Shown piece after piece: positions 57,601 through 64,000 of a DNA stretch of 64,000 bases. The stretch covers positions 23,064,001 to 23,128,000 of the forward strand of contig OZ024758.1 of assembly GCA_964016885.1 (NCBI GenBank). Direction: 5' to 3'. Position 1 is the stretch's first letter. Every line of letters begins with the position of its first letter. The notes beneath the pieces are model-generated. The model saw only the letters and a list, made by a program, of their open reading frames with translations, made no database searches and was not told the origin of the DNA. This DNA comes from Eledone cirrhosa. Lineage: Eukaryota. The position numbers and the translations under genes were made by a program.

Positions 57601-60600
57601 GCATGGTGTCTGACATTCTAACAATCCTGCCAATCCACCGCCATATTCTATATGCGAAGCATGGTGTCTGACATTCTAACAATCCTGCCAATCCACCGCC
57701 ATATTCTATATGTGAAGCATGGTGTCTGACATTCTAACAATCCTGCCAATCCACCGCCATATTCTATATGTGAAGCATGGTGTCTGACATTCTAACAGTC
57801 CTGCCAATCCACCGCCATATTCTATATGTGAAGCATGGTGTCTGACATTCTAACAATCCTGCCAATCCACCGCCATATTCTATATGTGAAGCATGGTGTC
57901 TGACATTCTAACAATCCTGCCAATCCACCGCCATATTCTATATGCGAAGCATGGTGTCTGACATTCTAACAATCCTGCCAATCCACCGCCATATTCTATG
58001 CCGCGAAGCATGGTGTTTGACATTCTAACAATCCTGCCAATCCACCGCCATATTCTATATGTGAAGCATGGTGTCTGACATTCTAACAATCCTGCCAATC
58101 CACCGCCATATTCTATATGTGAAGCATGGTGTCTGACATTCTAACAATCCTGCCAATCCACCGCCATATTCTATGCCGCGAAGCATGGTGTCTGACATTC
58201 TAACAATCCTGCCAATCCACCGCCATATTCTATATGTGAAGCATGGTGTCTGACATTCTAACAATCCTGCCAATCCACCGCCATATTCTATATGTGAAGC
58301 ATGGTGTCTGACATTCTAACAATCCTGCCAATCCACCGCCATATTATATATGTGAAGCATGGTGTCTGACATTCTAACAATCCTTCCAATCCACCGCCAT
58401 ATTCTATATGTGAAGCATGGTGTCTGACATTCTAACAATCCTGCCAATCCACCGCCATATTCTATATGTGAAGCATGGTGTCTGACATTCTAACAATCCT
58501 GCCAATCCACCGCCATATTCTATATGTGAAGCATGGTGTCTGACATTCTAACAATCCTGCCAATCCACCGCCATATTCTATATGCGAAGCATGGTGTCTG
58601 ACATTCTAACAATCCTGCCAATCCACCGCCATATTCTATGCCGCGAAGCATGGTGTCTGACATTCTAACAATCCTGCCAATCCACCGCCATATTCTATAT
58701 GTGAAGCATGGTGTCTGACATTCTAACAATCCTGCCAATCCACCGCCATATTCTATATGCGAAGCATGGTGTCTGACATTCTAACAATCCTGCCAATCCA
58801 CCGCCATATTCTATGCCGCGAAGCATGGTGTCTGACATTCTAACAATCCTGCCAATCCACCGCCATATTCTATATGCGAAGCATGGTGTCTGACATTCTA
58901 ACAATCCTGCCAATCCACCGCCATATTCTATATGTGAAGCATGGTGTCTGACATTCTAACAATCCTGCCAATCCACCGCCATATTCTATATGTGAAGCAT
59001 GGTGTCTGACATTCTAACAATCCTGCCAATCCACCGCCATATTCTATATGTGAAGCAGGGTGTCTGACATTCTAACAATCCTGCCAATCCACCGCCATAT
59101 TCTATGCCGCGAAGCATGGTGTCTGACATTCTAACAATCCTGCCAATCCACCGCCATATTCTATGCCGCGAAGCATGGTGTCTGACATTCTAACAATCCT
59201 GCCAATCCACCGCCATATTCTATGCCGCGAAGCATGGTGTCTGACATTCTAACAATCCTGCCAATCCACCGCCATATTCTATATGTGAAGCATGGTGTCT
59301 GACATTCTAACAATCCTGCCAATCCACCGCCATATTCTATATGCGAAGCATGGTGTCTGACATTCTAACAATCCTGCCAATCCACCGCCATATTCTATGC
59401 CGCGAAGCATGGTGTCTGACATTCTAACAATCCTGCCAATCCACCGCCATATTCTATATGCGAAGCATGGTGTCTGACATTCTAACAATCCTGCCAATCC
59501 ACCGCCATATTCTATATGCGAAGCATGGTGTCTGACATTCTAACAATCCTGCCAATCCACCGCCATATTCTATGCCGCGAAGCATGGTGTCTGACATTCT
59601 AACAATCCTGCCAATCCACCGCCATATTCTATGCCGCGAAGCATGGTGTCTGACATTCTAACAATCCTGCCAATCCACCGCCATATTCTATGCCGCGAAG
59701 CATGGTGTCTGACATTCTAACAATCCTGCCAATCCACCGCCATATTCTATATGTGAAGCATGGTGTCTGACATTCTAACAATCCTGCCAATCCACCGCCA
59801 TATTCTATGCCGCGAAGCATGGTGTCTGACATTCTAACAATCCTGCCAATCCACCGCCATATTCTATGCCGCGAAGCATGGTGTCTGACATTCTAACAAT
59901 CCTGCCAATCCACCGCCATATTCTATATGCGAAGCATGGTGTCTGACATTCTAACAATCCTGCCAATCCACCGCCATATTCTATATGTGAAGCATGGTGT
60001 CTGACATTCTAACAATCCTGCCAATCCACCGCCATATTCTATATGTGAAGCATGGTGTCTGACATTCTAACAATCCTGCCAATCCACCGCCATATTCTAT
60101 ATGTGAAGCATGGTGTCTGACATTCTAACAATCCTGCCAATCCACCGCCATATTCTATATGTGAAGTATGGTGTCTGACATTCTAACAATCCTGCCAATC
60201 CACCGCCATATTCTATATGTGAAGCATGGTGTCTGACATTCTAACAATCCTGCCAATCCACCGCCATATTCTATATGTGAAGCATGGTGTCTGACATTCT
60301 AACAATCCTGCCAATCCACCGCCATATTCTATATGTGAAGCATGGTGTCTGACATTCTAACAATCCTGCCAATCCACCGCCATATTCTATATGTGAAGCA
60401 TGGTGTCTGACATTCTAACAATCCTGCCAATCCACCGCCATATTCTATATGTGAAGCATGGTGTCTGACATTCTAACAATCCTGCCAATCCACCGCCATA
60501 TTCTATATGTGAAGCATGGTGTCTGACATTCTAACAATCCTGCCAATCCACCGCCATATTCTATATGTGAAGCATGGTGTCTGACATTCTAACAATCCTG

Positions 60601-62532
60601 CCAATCCACCGCCATATTCTATGCCGCAAAGCATGGTGTCTGACATTCTAACAATCCTGCCAATCCACCGCCATATTCTATATGTGAAGCATGGTGTCTG
60701 ACATTCTAACAATCCTGCCAATCCACCGCCATATTCTATGCCGCGAAGCATGGTGTCTGACATTCTAACAATCCTGCCAATCCACCGCCATATTCTATAT
60801 GTGAAGCATGGTGTCTGACATTCTAACAATCCTGCCAATCCACCGCCATATTCTATGTCGCGAAGCATGGTGTCTGACATTCTAACAATCCTGCCAATCC
60901 ACCGCCATATTCTATGTCGCGAAGCATGGTGTCTGACATTCTAACAATCCTGCCAATCCACCGCCATATTCTATGTCGCGAAGCATGGTGTCTGACATTC
61001 TAACAATCCTGCCAATCCACCGCCATATTCTATGCCGCAAAGCATGGTGTCTGACATTCTAACAATCCTGCCAATCCACCGCCATATTCTATATGTGAAG
61101 CATGGTGTCTGACATTCTAACAATCCTGCCAATCCACCGCCATATTCTATGCCGCGAAGCATGGTGTCTGACATTCTAACAATCCTGCCAATCCACCGCC
61201 ATATTCTATATGTGAAGCATGGTGTCTGACATTCTAACAATCCTGCCAATCCACCGCCATATTCTATGTCGCGAAGCATGGTGTCTGACATTCTAACAAT
61301 CCTGCCAATCCACCGCCATATTCTATGTCGCGAAGCATGGTGTCTGACATTCTAACAATCCTGCCAATCCACCACCATATTCTATATAAATATATTACAA
61401 AGACACTTTACTCTAAGAACTGAAATATTTATCTGTGAATTTGCTCAAAATTGTTCATGCTATTCCTTTAGCATTGGTTTGCTTTGAAAGTTGTTTATTT
61501 TCTGGTGAACGATACAGGGGCGGTCTCTATATATATATATAGTAAAACTACATATATATAATCTGACTGATAAAAGGACAAGTCAGTCAATCATATAGGT
61601 GTGTCCCGTCCCGTCCCGTCCCCCCGCCCCCACATACACACACACACACATCCTCGGCGGACAGAATGGAGAAGGCGTTTCTCCGAAGGACGGCAAGGGA
61701 GACGCGCTGGAAACGCCACTCCAGAGCGTGGAGCTCTCACCTGCGGCTGGCCGCCAGCTCAGCGCCTATGGTGGTGAGTAAGGAGGTAGCCCTGGGGCCC
61801 GAAGACACCAGAAGTCTCCACTGCCATGGGGTACGACCGCAAACCTGTCGGAGAGCGACCGGTACTTGACGAGTTTGGCCTCCTCAGCCCGACGTGCAGC
61901 ATAACCTGGGTTAGTCGGAGACTGCACCAGGTTGCATCTGCAGAAAGTGTCGGTGCAAGTGGCATCCCAGGCGAGAGGTTTGCCACCGCTTTACTCTAAG
62001 TACGGAATTACAACAATATTTTCATATAAAATTTACTTTTGTATTGATAGATATAAATAATTACCCCAGTGCATTACTGGTACTTTATTTTATCGACTCC
62101 GTAAGGATGAAAGGCAAAGTTAACCTCGACGGGAATTGAACTCAGAATGGCAAGGGCCGTAACTCTATACGTCAAAGCATGGCGTCCGACCCTCTACCGA
62201 TACTGCCAATCTACCGATACTGCCCATTGATAGATATAAATAATGTCATCATTGTAAAAAAAAAACATATATTAGAACACTTTTAATATTTTTTCCTTTC
62301 AGTTTAATACATCGATGATAATCAAAGACCCTTCGAAATTGGTAATAAATGTGACAGCCATTGCTAAAGAAACGGAGCACTTTGAGTACTTACTACTTTC
62401 ACTGCTGTCCCTTCCGGTAGAAGTTAATACTACACTGCCTGGTAGCTTGGATAAACTAATGACTTACAATAACATGATAAATATGCTATGGAGGCGGCTG
62501 AACAAAATGCAAGAAGATTTTATTTTAAATGG
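2..62532 (+). CDS. Partial multi-exon gene (31 exons in window, about 1,740 aa, no start/stop in window): large N-glycosylated helical repeat protein, possibly the expanded extracellular domain of a giant ABCA-family transporter
   Basis: 31 exons with AG/GT boundaries and compatible phases splice into one open frame; periodic 4-exon module; many N-x-S/T sequons. The ABCA call rests only on remembered similarity of the C-x(20-27)-C segment to ABCA1/ABCA4 ECD1 (product confidence about 0.45). Confidence 0.9.
132..749. mobile_element. Two head-to-tail piggyBac-like MITEs (about 210-230 bp family) sharing a TTAA; the second is interrupted by a SINE fragment. Other copies near 2680-2905, 14385-14600, 32268-32490, 41722-41990, 42045-42262, 45468-45825, 53498-53808, 54568-54790
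   Basis: TIR ccctttagcattta / taaatgctaaaggg flanked by TTAA. Confidence 0.8.
800..912 (+). CDS. Exon 2 (phase 1-0): [38 protein letters not shown]
   Basis: ttctttatcag acceptor, AAT|gtatgt donor. Confidence 0.85.
1296..1638. mobile_element. Second TTAA-flanked piggyBac-like MITE family (another copy about 50695-50920)
   Basis: Shared internal sequence and ends taactcttcagt...cagtcaa(t/c)aggttaa. Confidence 0.5.
1740..1969 (+). CDS. Exon 3 (phase 0-2): [21 protein letters not shown]...HKDILS, contains RKKR
   Basis: tatttcag acceptor, AG|gtaata donor, ORF 1743..1973. Confidence 0.88.
3060..3190 (+). CDS. Exon 4 (phase 2-1, type C): [44 protein letters not shown]
   Basis: atattgtag acceptor, G|gttagt donor. 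Confidence 0.85.
3677..3771 (+). CDS. Exon 5 (phase 1-0, type D): [32 protein letters not shown]
   Basis: ttctag acceptor; donor AAG|gttgaa is weak but matches the NPxK ending of the other D exons. Confidence 0.78.
4333..5015. repeat. 87-bp tandem array, about 8 near-identical copies
   Basis: ccagctaatc recurs at 4341, 4428, 4515 and onward. Confidence 0.95.
5115..5297 (+). CDS. Exon 6 (phase 0-0, type A, Cys pair): [20 protein letters not shown]...[24 protein letters not shown]
   Basis: ttttttcag-type acceptor, AAA|gtaatt donor, 183 nt. Confidence 0.9.
6281..6507 (+). CDS. Exon 7 (phase 0-2, type B): [18 protein letters not shown]...EVETPAD
   Basis: tattttacag acceptor, AG|gtaagc donor. 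Confidence 0.9.
7078..7886. repeat. 74-bp minisatellite, about 11 copies
   Basis: gtaccatata at 7141, 7215, 7289 and onward. Confidence 0.95.
7895..8110 (+). mobile_element. CRE-clade non-LTR retrotransposon 3' fragment
   Basis: ...[40 protein letters not shown] matches the CRE C-terminal QRIS..I.RGNA motif; related pieces at about 33760-33860, 52320-52440, 61640-61870, 62870-63035. Confidence 0.7.
8971..9305 (+). mobile_element. tRNA-derived SINE with CORE-like domain and RTE-type 3' tail (family A, about 340 bp). Further copies: + at 15351-15687, 24806-25177, 26463-26804, 36320-36657, 39843-40190; - at 30048-30309, 44818-45113, 54025-54374
   Basis: A box tggcttagtggtt, B box gtgagttcaattc, CORE-like tgtttccttgagcaagacactt, (GAT)n or (GAAT)n tail; high mutual identity. 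Confidence 0.9.
9617..9762 (+). CDS. Exon 8 (phase 2-1, type C): [49 protein letters not shown]
   Basis: ctttgtag acceptor, G|gtttgt donor; not in ORF track. Confidence 0.85.
10950..11135 (-). mobile_element. RTE/RTEX LINE fragment (related 3' piece at about 38775-39050)
   Basis: [34 protein letters not shown]; LLYG.E.W motif downstream of RT. Confidence 0.8.
11139..12090. repeat. Compound (TA)n/(TATG)/(CATA) microsatellite of about 950 bp
   Basis: Direct inspection; similar tracts at 8755-8970 and 15110-15350. Confidence 0.95.
12953..13325 (+). mobile_element. Two adjacent copies of tRNA-derived SINE family B (about 190 bp); more than 20 copies in the window, e.g. 20148, 20400, 26150, 28884, 32813, 46905, 49227, 49853 (+) and 34583, 47513, 53272, 55425, 62060 (-)
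   Basis: ggcggtggattggcagtatcggtagag...ctgagttcaaatccc (A/B boxes)...gataaaataaagtaccagtaatgcactggg...agtagaaacaattatt. Confidence 0.9.
13550..13790. repeat. Degenerate (CAT)n trinucleotide tract
   Basis: Direct inspection. Confidence 0.9.
14219..14328 (+). CDS. Exon 9 (phase 1-0, type D): [37 protein letters not shown]
   Basis: aatttcag acceptor, AAA|gtaagt donor. Confidence 0.9.
16005..16073 (+). ncRNA. Minimal type I hammerhead ribozyme motif (Penelope-like element type)
   Basis: gttttat-CTGATGA-stem II (about 15 bp)-GAAA-ttcgca-TA-ataaaat; AUA triplet. Confidence 0.6.
16539..16736 (+). CDS. Exon 10 (phase 0-0, type A): [22 protein letters not shown]...[27 protein letters not shown]
   Basis: ttccacag acceptor, GTT|gtatgt donor (alternative in-frame donor after 16733). 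Confidence 0.9.
16930..17580 (-). mobile_element. RTE LINE fragment with an internal about 120-bp segment repeated about 4 times
   Basis: [25 protein letters not shown] repeated. Confidence 0.75.
17661..17863 (+). CDS. Exon 11 (phase 0-2, type B): [19 protein letters not shown]...DILKKND
   Basis: cttatttcag acceptor, AG|gtaaat donor. Confidence 0.9.
18735..19370 (+). mobile_element. R4/Dong-like (restriction-like endonuclease) LINE 3' fragment, disabled by an in-frame stop
   Basis: CRLC...HVISSC zinc knuckle, RHD, NRPDI..., E(ISCP), IIGALG; TGA at about 19050; flanked by (CATA)n. Confidence 0.85.
19955..20094 (+). CDS. Exon 12 (phase 2-1, type C): [17 protein letters not shown]...HIRNIQQ
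   Basis: long pyrimidine tract plus cag, A|gtaagc donor. Confidence 0.88.
20660..21225 (+). mobile_element. RTE-clade LINE 3' fragment
   Basis: ILPVVLYG...LKLYGHIKR...[17 protein letters not shown]. Confidence 0.8.
22337..22476 (+). CDS. Exon 13 (phase 1-0, type D): [20 protein letters not shown]...NFIENPQKM
   Basis: attttag acceptor, ATG|gtaaat donor. Confidence 0.9.
22957..23035 (+). ncRNA. Degenerate type I hammerhead ribozyme motif
   Basis: gcacttg-CTGATGA...GAAAC...GTA-caagtgc; perfect 7-bp stem I, imperfect stems II and III. Confidence 0.45.
25215..25458 (+). mobile_element. Possible degenerate non-autonomous Helitron
   Basis: tatatataaacgaaattgtctgtctg start, ccgattttgttcaaattt, degenerate hairpin and cttgt end. 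Confidence 0.4.
25492..25677 (+). CDS. Exon 14 (phase 0-0, type A): [16 protein letters not shown]...[33 protein letters not shown]
   Basis: catttctag acceptor, AAA|gtaagg donor. Confidence 0.9.
25748..26099. mobile_element. hAT MITE
   Basis: TIR cagaggttctcaaa / tttgagaacctctg; 8-bp TSD gtttaaat. Confidence 0.85.
27225..27448 (+). CDS. Exon 15 (phase 0-2, type B): [12 protein letters not shown]...NEIFRQNF
   Basis: pyrimidine tract plus tag, GA|gtaagc donor. Confidence 0.9.
27610..28078 (+). mobile_element. Degraded RTE LINE 3' fragment
   Basis: [14 protein letters not shown]...[23 protein letters not shown]-like remnants, (ctaaga) tail. Confidence 0.6.
28228..28379 (+). CDS. Exon 16 (phase 2-1, type C): [25 protein letters not shown]...DDSLPDMKN
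   Basis: cttacag acceptor, G|gtaaga donor. Confidence 0.88.
28388..28625. repeat. 10-bp AAAACAATAT-type tandem repeat filling most of the 283-bp intron 16
   Basis: Direct inspection. Confidence 0.9.
28663..28790 (+). CDS. Exon 17 (phase 1-0, type D): [43 protein letters not shown]
   Basis: ttttttgcag acceptor, CAG|gtaggt donor. Confidence 0.9.
30903..30970 (-). ncRNA. Minimal type I hammerhead ribozyme motif (left, CTGACGA variant)
   Basis: Reverse complement gtattttat-CTGACGA-ggatgtactg...cagtacctcc-GAAA-tatata-TA-ataaaatat. Confidence 0.7.
31028..31095 (+). ncRNA. Minimal type I hammerhead ribozyme motif (right, CTGATGA variant)
   Basis: 9-bp stem I, 10-bp stem II with one mismatch, intact core, palindromic short stem III, AUA triplet. 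Confidence 0.72.
31620..31823 (+). CDS. Exon 18 (phase 0-0, type A): [22 protein letters not shown]...[25 protein letters not shown]
   Basis: tactgacag acceptor, ATG|gtgaga donor. Confidence 0.88.
33014..33225 (+). CDS. Exon 19 (phase 0-2, type B): [16 protein letters not shown]...FPKIFDLS
   Basis: cattttcaag acceptor, AG|gtataa donor. Confidence 0.85.
33258..33603. mobile_element. Tc1/mariner (Tigger-like) MITE with internal 24-bp tandem repeats
   Basis: Imperfect TIRs aaaatccattataatgaa / ttcgttataacggaatttt, TA flanks. Confidence 0.5.
34395..34564. mobile_element. Tc1/mariner-type MITE (right half duplicated at about 34777-34880)
   Basis: TIR ctgtatttcccaacgccaaagacc / ggtcttcgacgctgggaaatacag, TA TSD. 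Confidence 0.7.
34931..35064 (+). CDS. Exon 20 (phase 2-1, type C): [17 protein letters not shown]...[10 protein letters not shown]
   Basis: tcttttccag acceptor, A|gtaaga donor. Confidence 0.9.
35752..36300 (-). mobile_element. RTE LINE 3' end with intact terminus and (GAT)n tail
   Basis: [18 protein letters not shown]...[13 protein letters not shown]...GRPRKT...REKRT-stop. Confidence 0.9.
36757..36890 (+). CDS. Exon 21 (phase 1-0, type D): [21 protein letters not shown]...KIIEDPKR
   Basis: ctattacag acceptor, AGA|gtaagt donor. Confidence 0.9.
38554..38748 (+). CDS. Exon 22 (phase 0-0, type A): [17 protein letters not shown]...[33 protein letters not shown]
   Basis: ttcttattag acceptor, TTT|gtaagt donor. 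Confidence 0.9.
40213..40905 (-). mobile_element. SINE 3' part with an internal 46-48-bp minisatellite of about 11 copies
   Basis: Unit cactttacagtgtggactgggtgctttttgtcgtgacacctacacaac; same arrangement at 12605-12910 and 21710-22230. Confidence 0.85.
41122..41429. mobile_element. Tigger/pogo-like MITE
   Basis: Imperfect TIR cagttgtcccccagcatttgcag / ctgcaaatgctaggagtacactg, TA TSD. Confidence 0.6.
41491..41711 (+). CDS. Exon 23 (phase 0-2, type B): [18 protein letters not shown]...GNGLNIM
   Basis: tccattccag acceptor, AG|gtaaaa donor. Confidence 0.9.
43335..43745 (-). mobile_element. Vingi/Ingi-like LINE 3' fragment with a locally triplicated about 60-bp segment
   Basis: [23 protein letters not shown]...[17 protein letters not shown] zinc knuckle; (AAG)n tail. 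Confidence 0.7.
44279..44421 (+). CDS. Exon 24 (phase 2-1, type C): [13 protein letters not shown]...FNYHLSKIN
   Basis: tattccag acceptor, G|gtaagt donor. Confidence 0.88.
45983..46119 (+). CDS. Exon 25 (phase 1-0, type D): [46 protein letters not shown]
   Basis: ccttttttcag acceptor, AAT|gtaagc donor; [10 protein letters not shown] resembles [10 protein letters not shown] of exon 13. Confidence 0.9.
46584..46872 (+). repeat. 74-bp tandem of the SINE-B 3' tail, 4 copies
   Basis: gataaaataaagtaccagt at 46584, 46658 and onward. Confidence 0.9.
47804..48016 (+). CDS. Exon 26 (phase 0-0, type A): [17 protein letters not shown]...[33 protein letters not shown]
   Basis: cattttag acceptor, ACA|gtaaga donor; not in ORF track. 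Confidence 0.9.
48260..49185. repeat. Compound (TG)n/TGAATG microsatellite of about 920 bp
   Basis: Direct inspection. Confidence 0.95.
49576..49802 (+). CDS. Exon 27 (phase 0-2, type B): [19 protein letters not shown]...NENVIKI
   Basis: ttattccag acceptor, AG|gtaatg donor. Confidence 0.9.
51012..51151 (+). CDS. Exon 28 (phase 2-1, type C): [20 protein letters not shown]...[12 protein letters not shown]
   Basis: tattttcag acceptor, A|gtaaga donor. Confidence 0.88.
51880..52100 (-). mobile_element. tRNA/CORE-like SINE with a different 3' tail (tail also at about 2555-2650)
   Basis: Head like family A, unrelated tail ggaaagaccaatggaaacattgtttcc. Confidence 0.7.
53041..53174 (+). CDS. Exon 29 (phase 1-0, type D): [19 protein letters not shown]...GFVKDPMK
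   Basis: tgttcaatag acceptor, AAG|gtaagg donor. Confidence 0.9.
54957..55154 (+). CDS. Exon 30 (phase 0-0, type A): [17 protein letters not shown]...[33 protein letters not shown]
   Basis: tgtttag acceptor, GCT|gtaagt donor. Confidence 0.9.
55790..61385. repeat. 58/59-bp satellite array, about 96 copies, derived from the 5' head of SINE family B
   Basis: Unit gaagcatggtgtctgacattctaacaatcctgccaatccaccgccatattctat(atgt/gccgc); continuous with the SINE-B copy at 55650-55845. Confidence 0.95.
62303..62532 (+). CDS. Exon 31 (phase 0-2, type B): [20 protein letters not shown]...QEDFILN; gene probably continues beyond the window
   Basis: tcctttcag acceptor, GG|gtatga donor gives the phase 2 expected for a B exon. 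Confidence 0.85.
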
Positions 62533-62827
62533 GTATGAATTTATTGAATGTAGCTTTCTACATTTACAGCTTATTCTTGTGAGATGTAGCAACATGGTTG
62601 AGATGTGACGAGATTTTCTGTGCTTGAGATTACCATATTTCAATTAATAAACTGTGGCCATGCTTCAGTATCGTTTTGAAGGAATTTAGTCAATCATATT
62701 GAACCTAGTACATCTTGTTATGTATGTATTTGACGAAAGTTTTGATGGTAACGTTCCAATATATTCCTTCGGGGTTAAGGAGAGAAATAAGATAAAAACA
62801 AATAGATATATTGAAACAAATAGCAGG

Positions 62828-63035
62828 TTGACTGATAAAAGGACAAGTCAGTCAATCATACTGGTGTCCCCCGCCCCCCTATAATCCCGGCGGACAGAAC
62901 GGAGAAGGCGTTTCCCCGTAGGACGGCAAGGGAGACGCGCTGGGAGAGCCATTCCAACTCGCGAGGCTCACACCTGCGGCTGGCCAGCTCAGCGCCTATG
63001 GTGGTGAGTAGGGAGGTAGCCCTAGGGCCGAGGAC
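62828..63035 (-). mobile_element. CRE LINE 3' end with probable 3' UTR (second copy at about 61563-61870)
   Basis: [50 protein letters not shown]; shared tgactgataaaaggacaagtcagtcaa segment. Confidence 0.75.
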
Positions 63036-63912
63036 ACACGAACCGACTGGGCTTGATCGACGGCCACCCAGCTCTCTTTCTGTTGAGGAACTGCTTCCCC
63101 ATGCCGGAGCTCCTCTATACTCTTCGCAGCGCTCCGTGCTACACCCACGAACCGACTGGGCTTGATCGACGGTCACCCAGCTCTCTTTCTGTTGAGGAAC
63201 TGCTTCCCCATGCCGGATCTCCTCTATACTCTTCGCAGCGCTCCGTGCTACACCCACGAACCGACTGGGCTTGATCGACGGCCACCCAGCTCTCTTTCTG
63301 TTGAGGAACTGCTTCCCCATGCCGGAGCTCCTCTATACTCTTCGCAGCGCTCCGTGCTACACCCACGAACCGACTGGGCTTGATCGACGGCCACCCAACT
63401 CTCTTTCTGTTGAGGAACTGCTTCCCCATGCCGGAGCTCCTCTATACTCTTCGCAGCGCTCCGTGCTACACCCACGAACCGACTGGGCTTGATCGACGGC
63501 CACCCAACTCTCTTTCTGTTGAGGAACTGCTTCCCCATGCCGGAGCTCCTCTATACTCTTCGCAGCGCTCCGTGCTACACCCACGAACCGACTGGGCTTG
63601 ATCGACGGCCACCCAACTCTCTTTCTGTTGAGGAACTGCTTCCCCATGCCGGATCTCCTCTATACTCTTCGCAGCGCTCCGTGCTACACCCACGAACCGA
63701 CTGGGCTTGATCGACGGCCACCCAACTCTCTTTCTGTTGAGGAACTGCTTGCCCATGCCGGATCTCCTCTATACTCTTCGCAGCGCTCCGTGCTACACCC
63801 ACGAACCGACTGGGCTTGATCGACGGCCACCCAACTCTCTTTCTGTTGAGGAACTGCTTCCCCATGCCGGAGCTCCTCTATACTCTTCGCAGCGCTCCGT
63901 GCTACACCCACG
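63035..63912 (+). repeat. 109-bp tandem array, 8 copies, derived from a CRE-like LINE coding segment
   Basis: ORF starts every 109 bp; peptide HPALFLLRNCFPMPELLYTLRSAPC resembles the CRE post-RT region. Confidence 0.85.
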
Positions 63913-64000
63913 CATCTCTCCTCGCTGACCTCGATACTTGTATCCGAGCAGTAGACGGGGAGATATGCAGCGTCATGTTTGACGACATTGAATGGCAACC

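Noticed and set aside
55790-61385. CRISPR-like or coding interpretation of the 58-bp array
   Set aside because: No unique spacers, eukaryotic context, and the unit is a SINE head; ORFs are repeat artefacts.
62533-62608. Read-through of exon 31 to a stop codon as the gene terminus
   Set aside because: A phase-2 donor at 62533 matches the module pattern, so the gene more likely continues; cannot be fully excluded without transcripts.

Overview
AT-rich, repeat-dense animal genomic DNA. The SINE repertoire, (TA)n/(CA)n content and RTE/CRE/Vingi/R4 LINE relics resemble an octopod (cephalopod) genome; this is inferred, not proven. The whole window lies inside one + strand protein-coding gene. I can chain 31 GT-AG exons (about 2..62532, about 5.2 kb CDS, about 1,740 aa) into one uninterrupted reading frame, with no start or stop codon in the window. 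From exon 4 on, the gene is a tandem array of a 4-exon, 222-238 aa module with intron phases 0-0, 0-2, 2-1, 1-0. Each module has a C-x(20-27)-C exon and an exon usually ending in N/D-P-x-K-like residues. The protein is rich in N-glycosylation sequons, has an RKKR furin-type site and no obvious TM segment. It resembles an amplified extracellular domain of a giant ABCA-type lipid transporter, but this is unconfirmed. Introns hold tRNA-derived SINEs, a SINE/RTE-LINE pair sharing a 3' tail, piggyBac/hAT/TcMar MITEs, many TE-derived tandem arrays (including a 5.6 kb satellite built from a SINE head), long palindromes next to (TA)n tracts, and several minimal type I hammerhead-ribozyme motifs of the Penelope-like-element type. 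Most ORFs in the supplied track are microsatellite or repeat artefacts.
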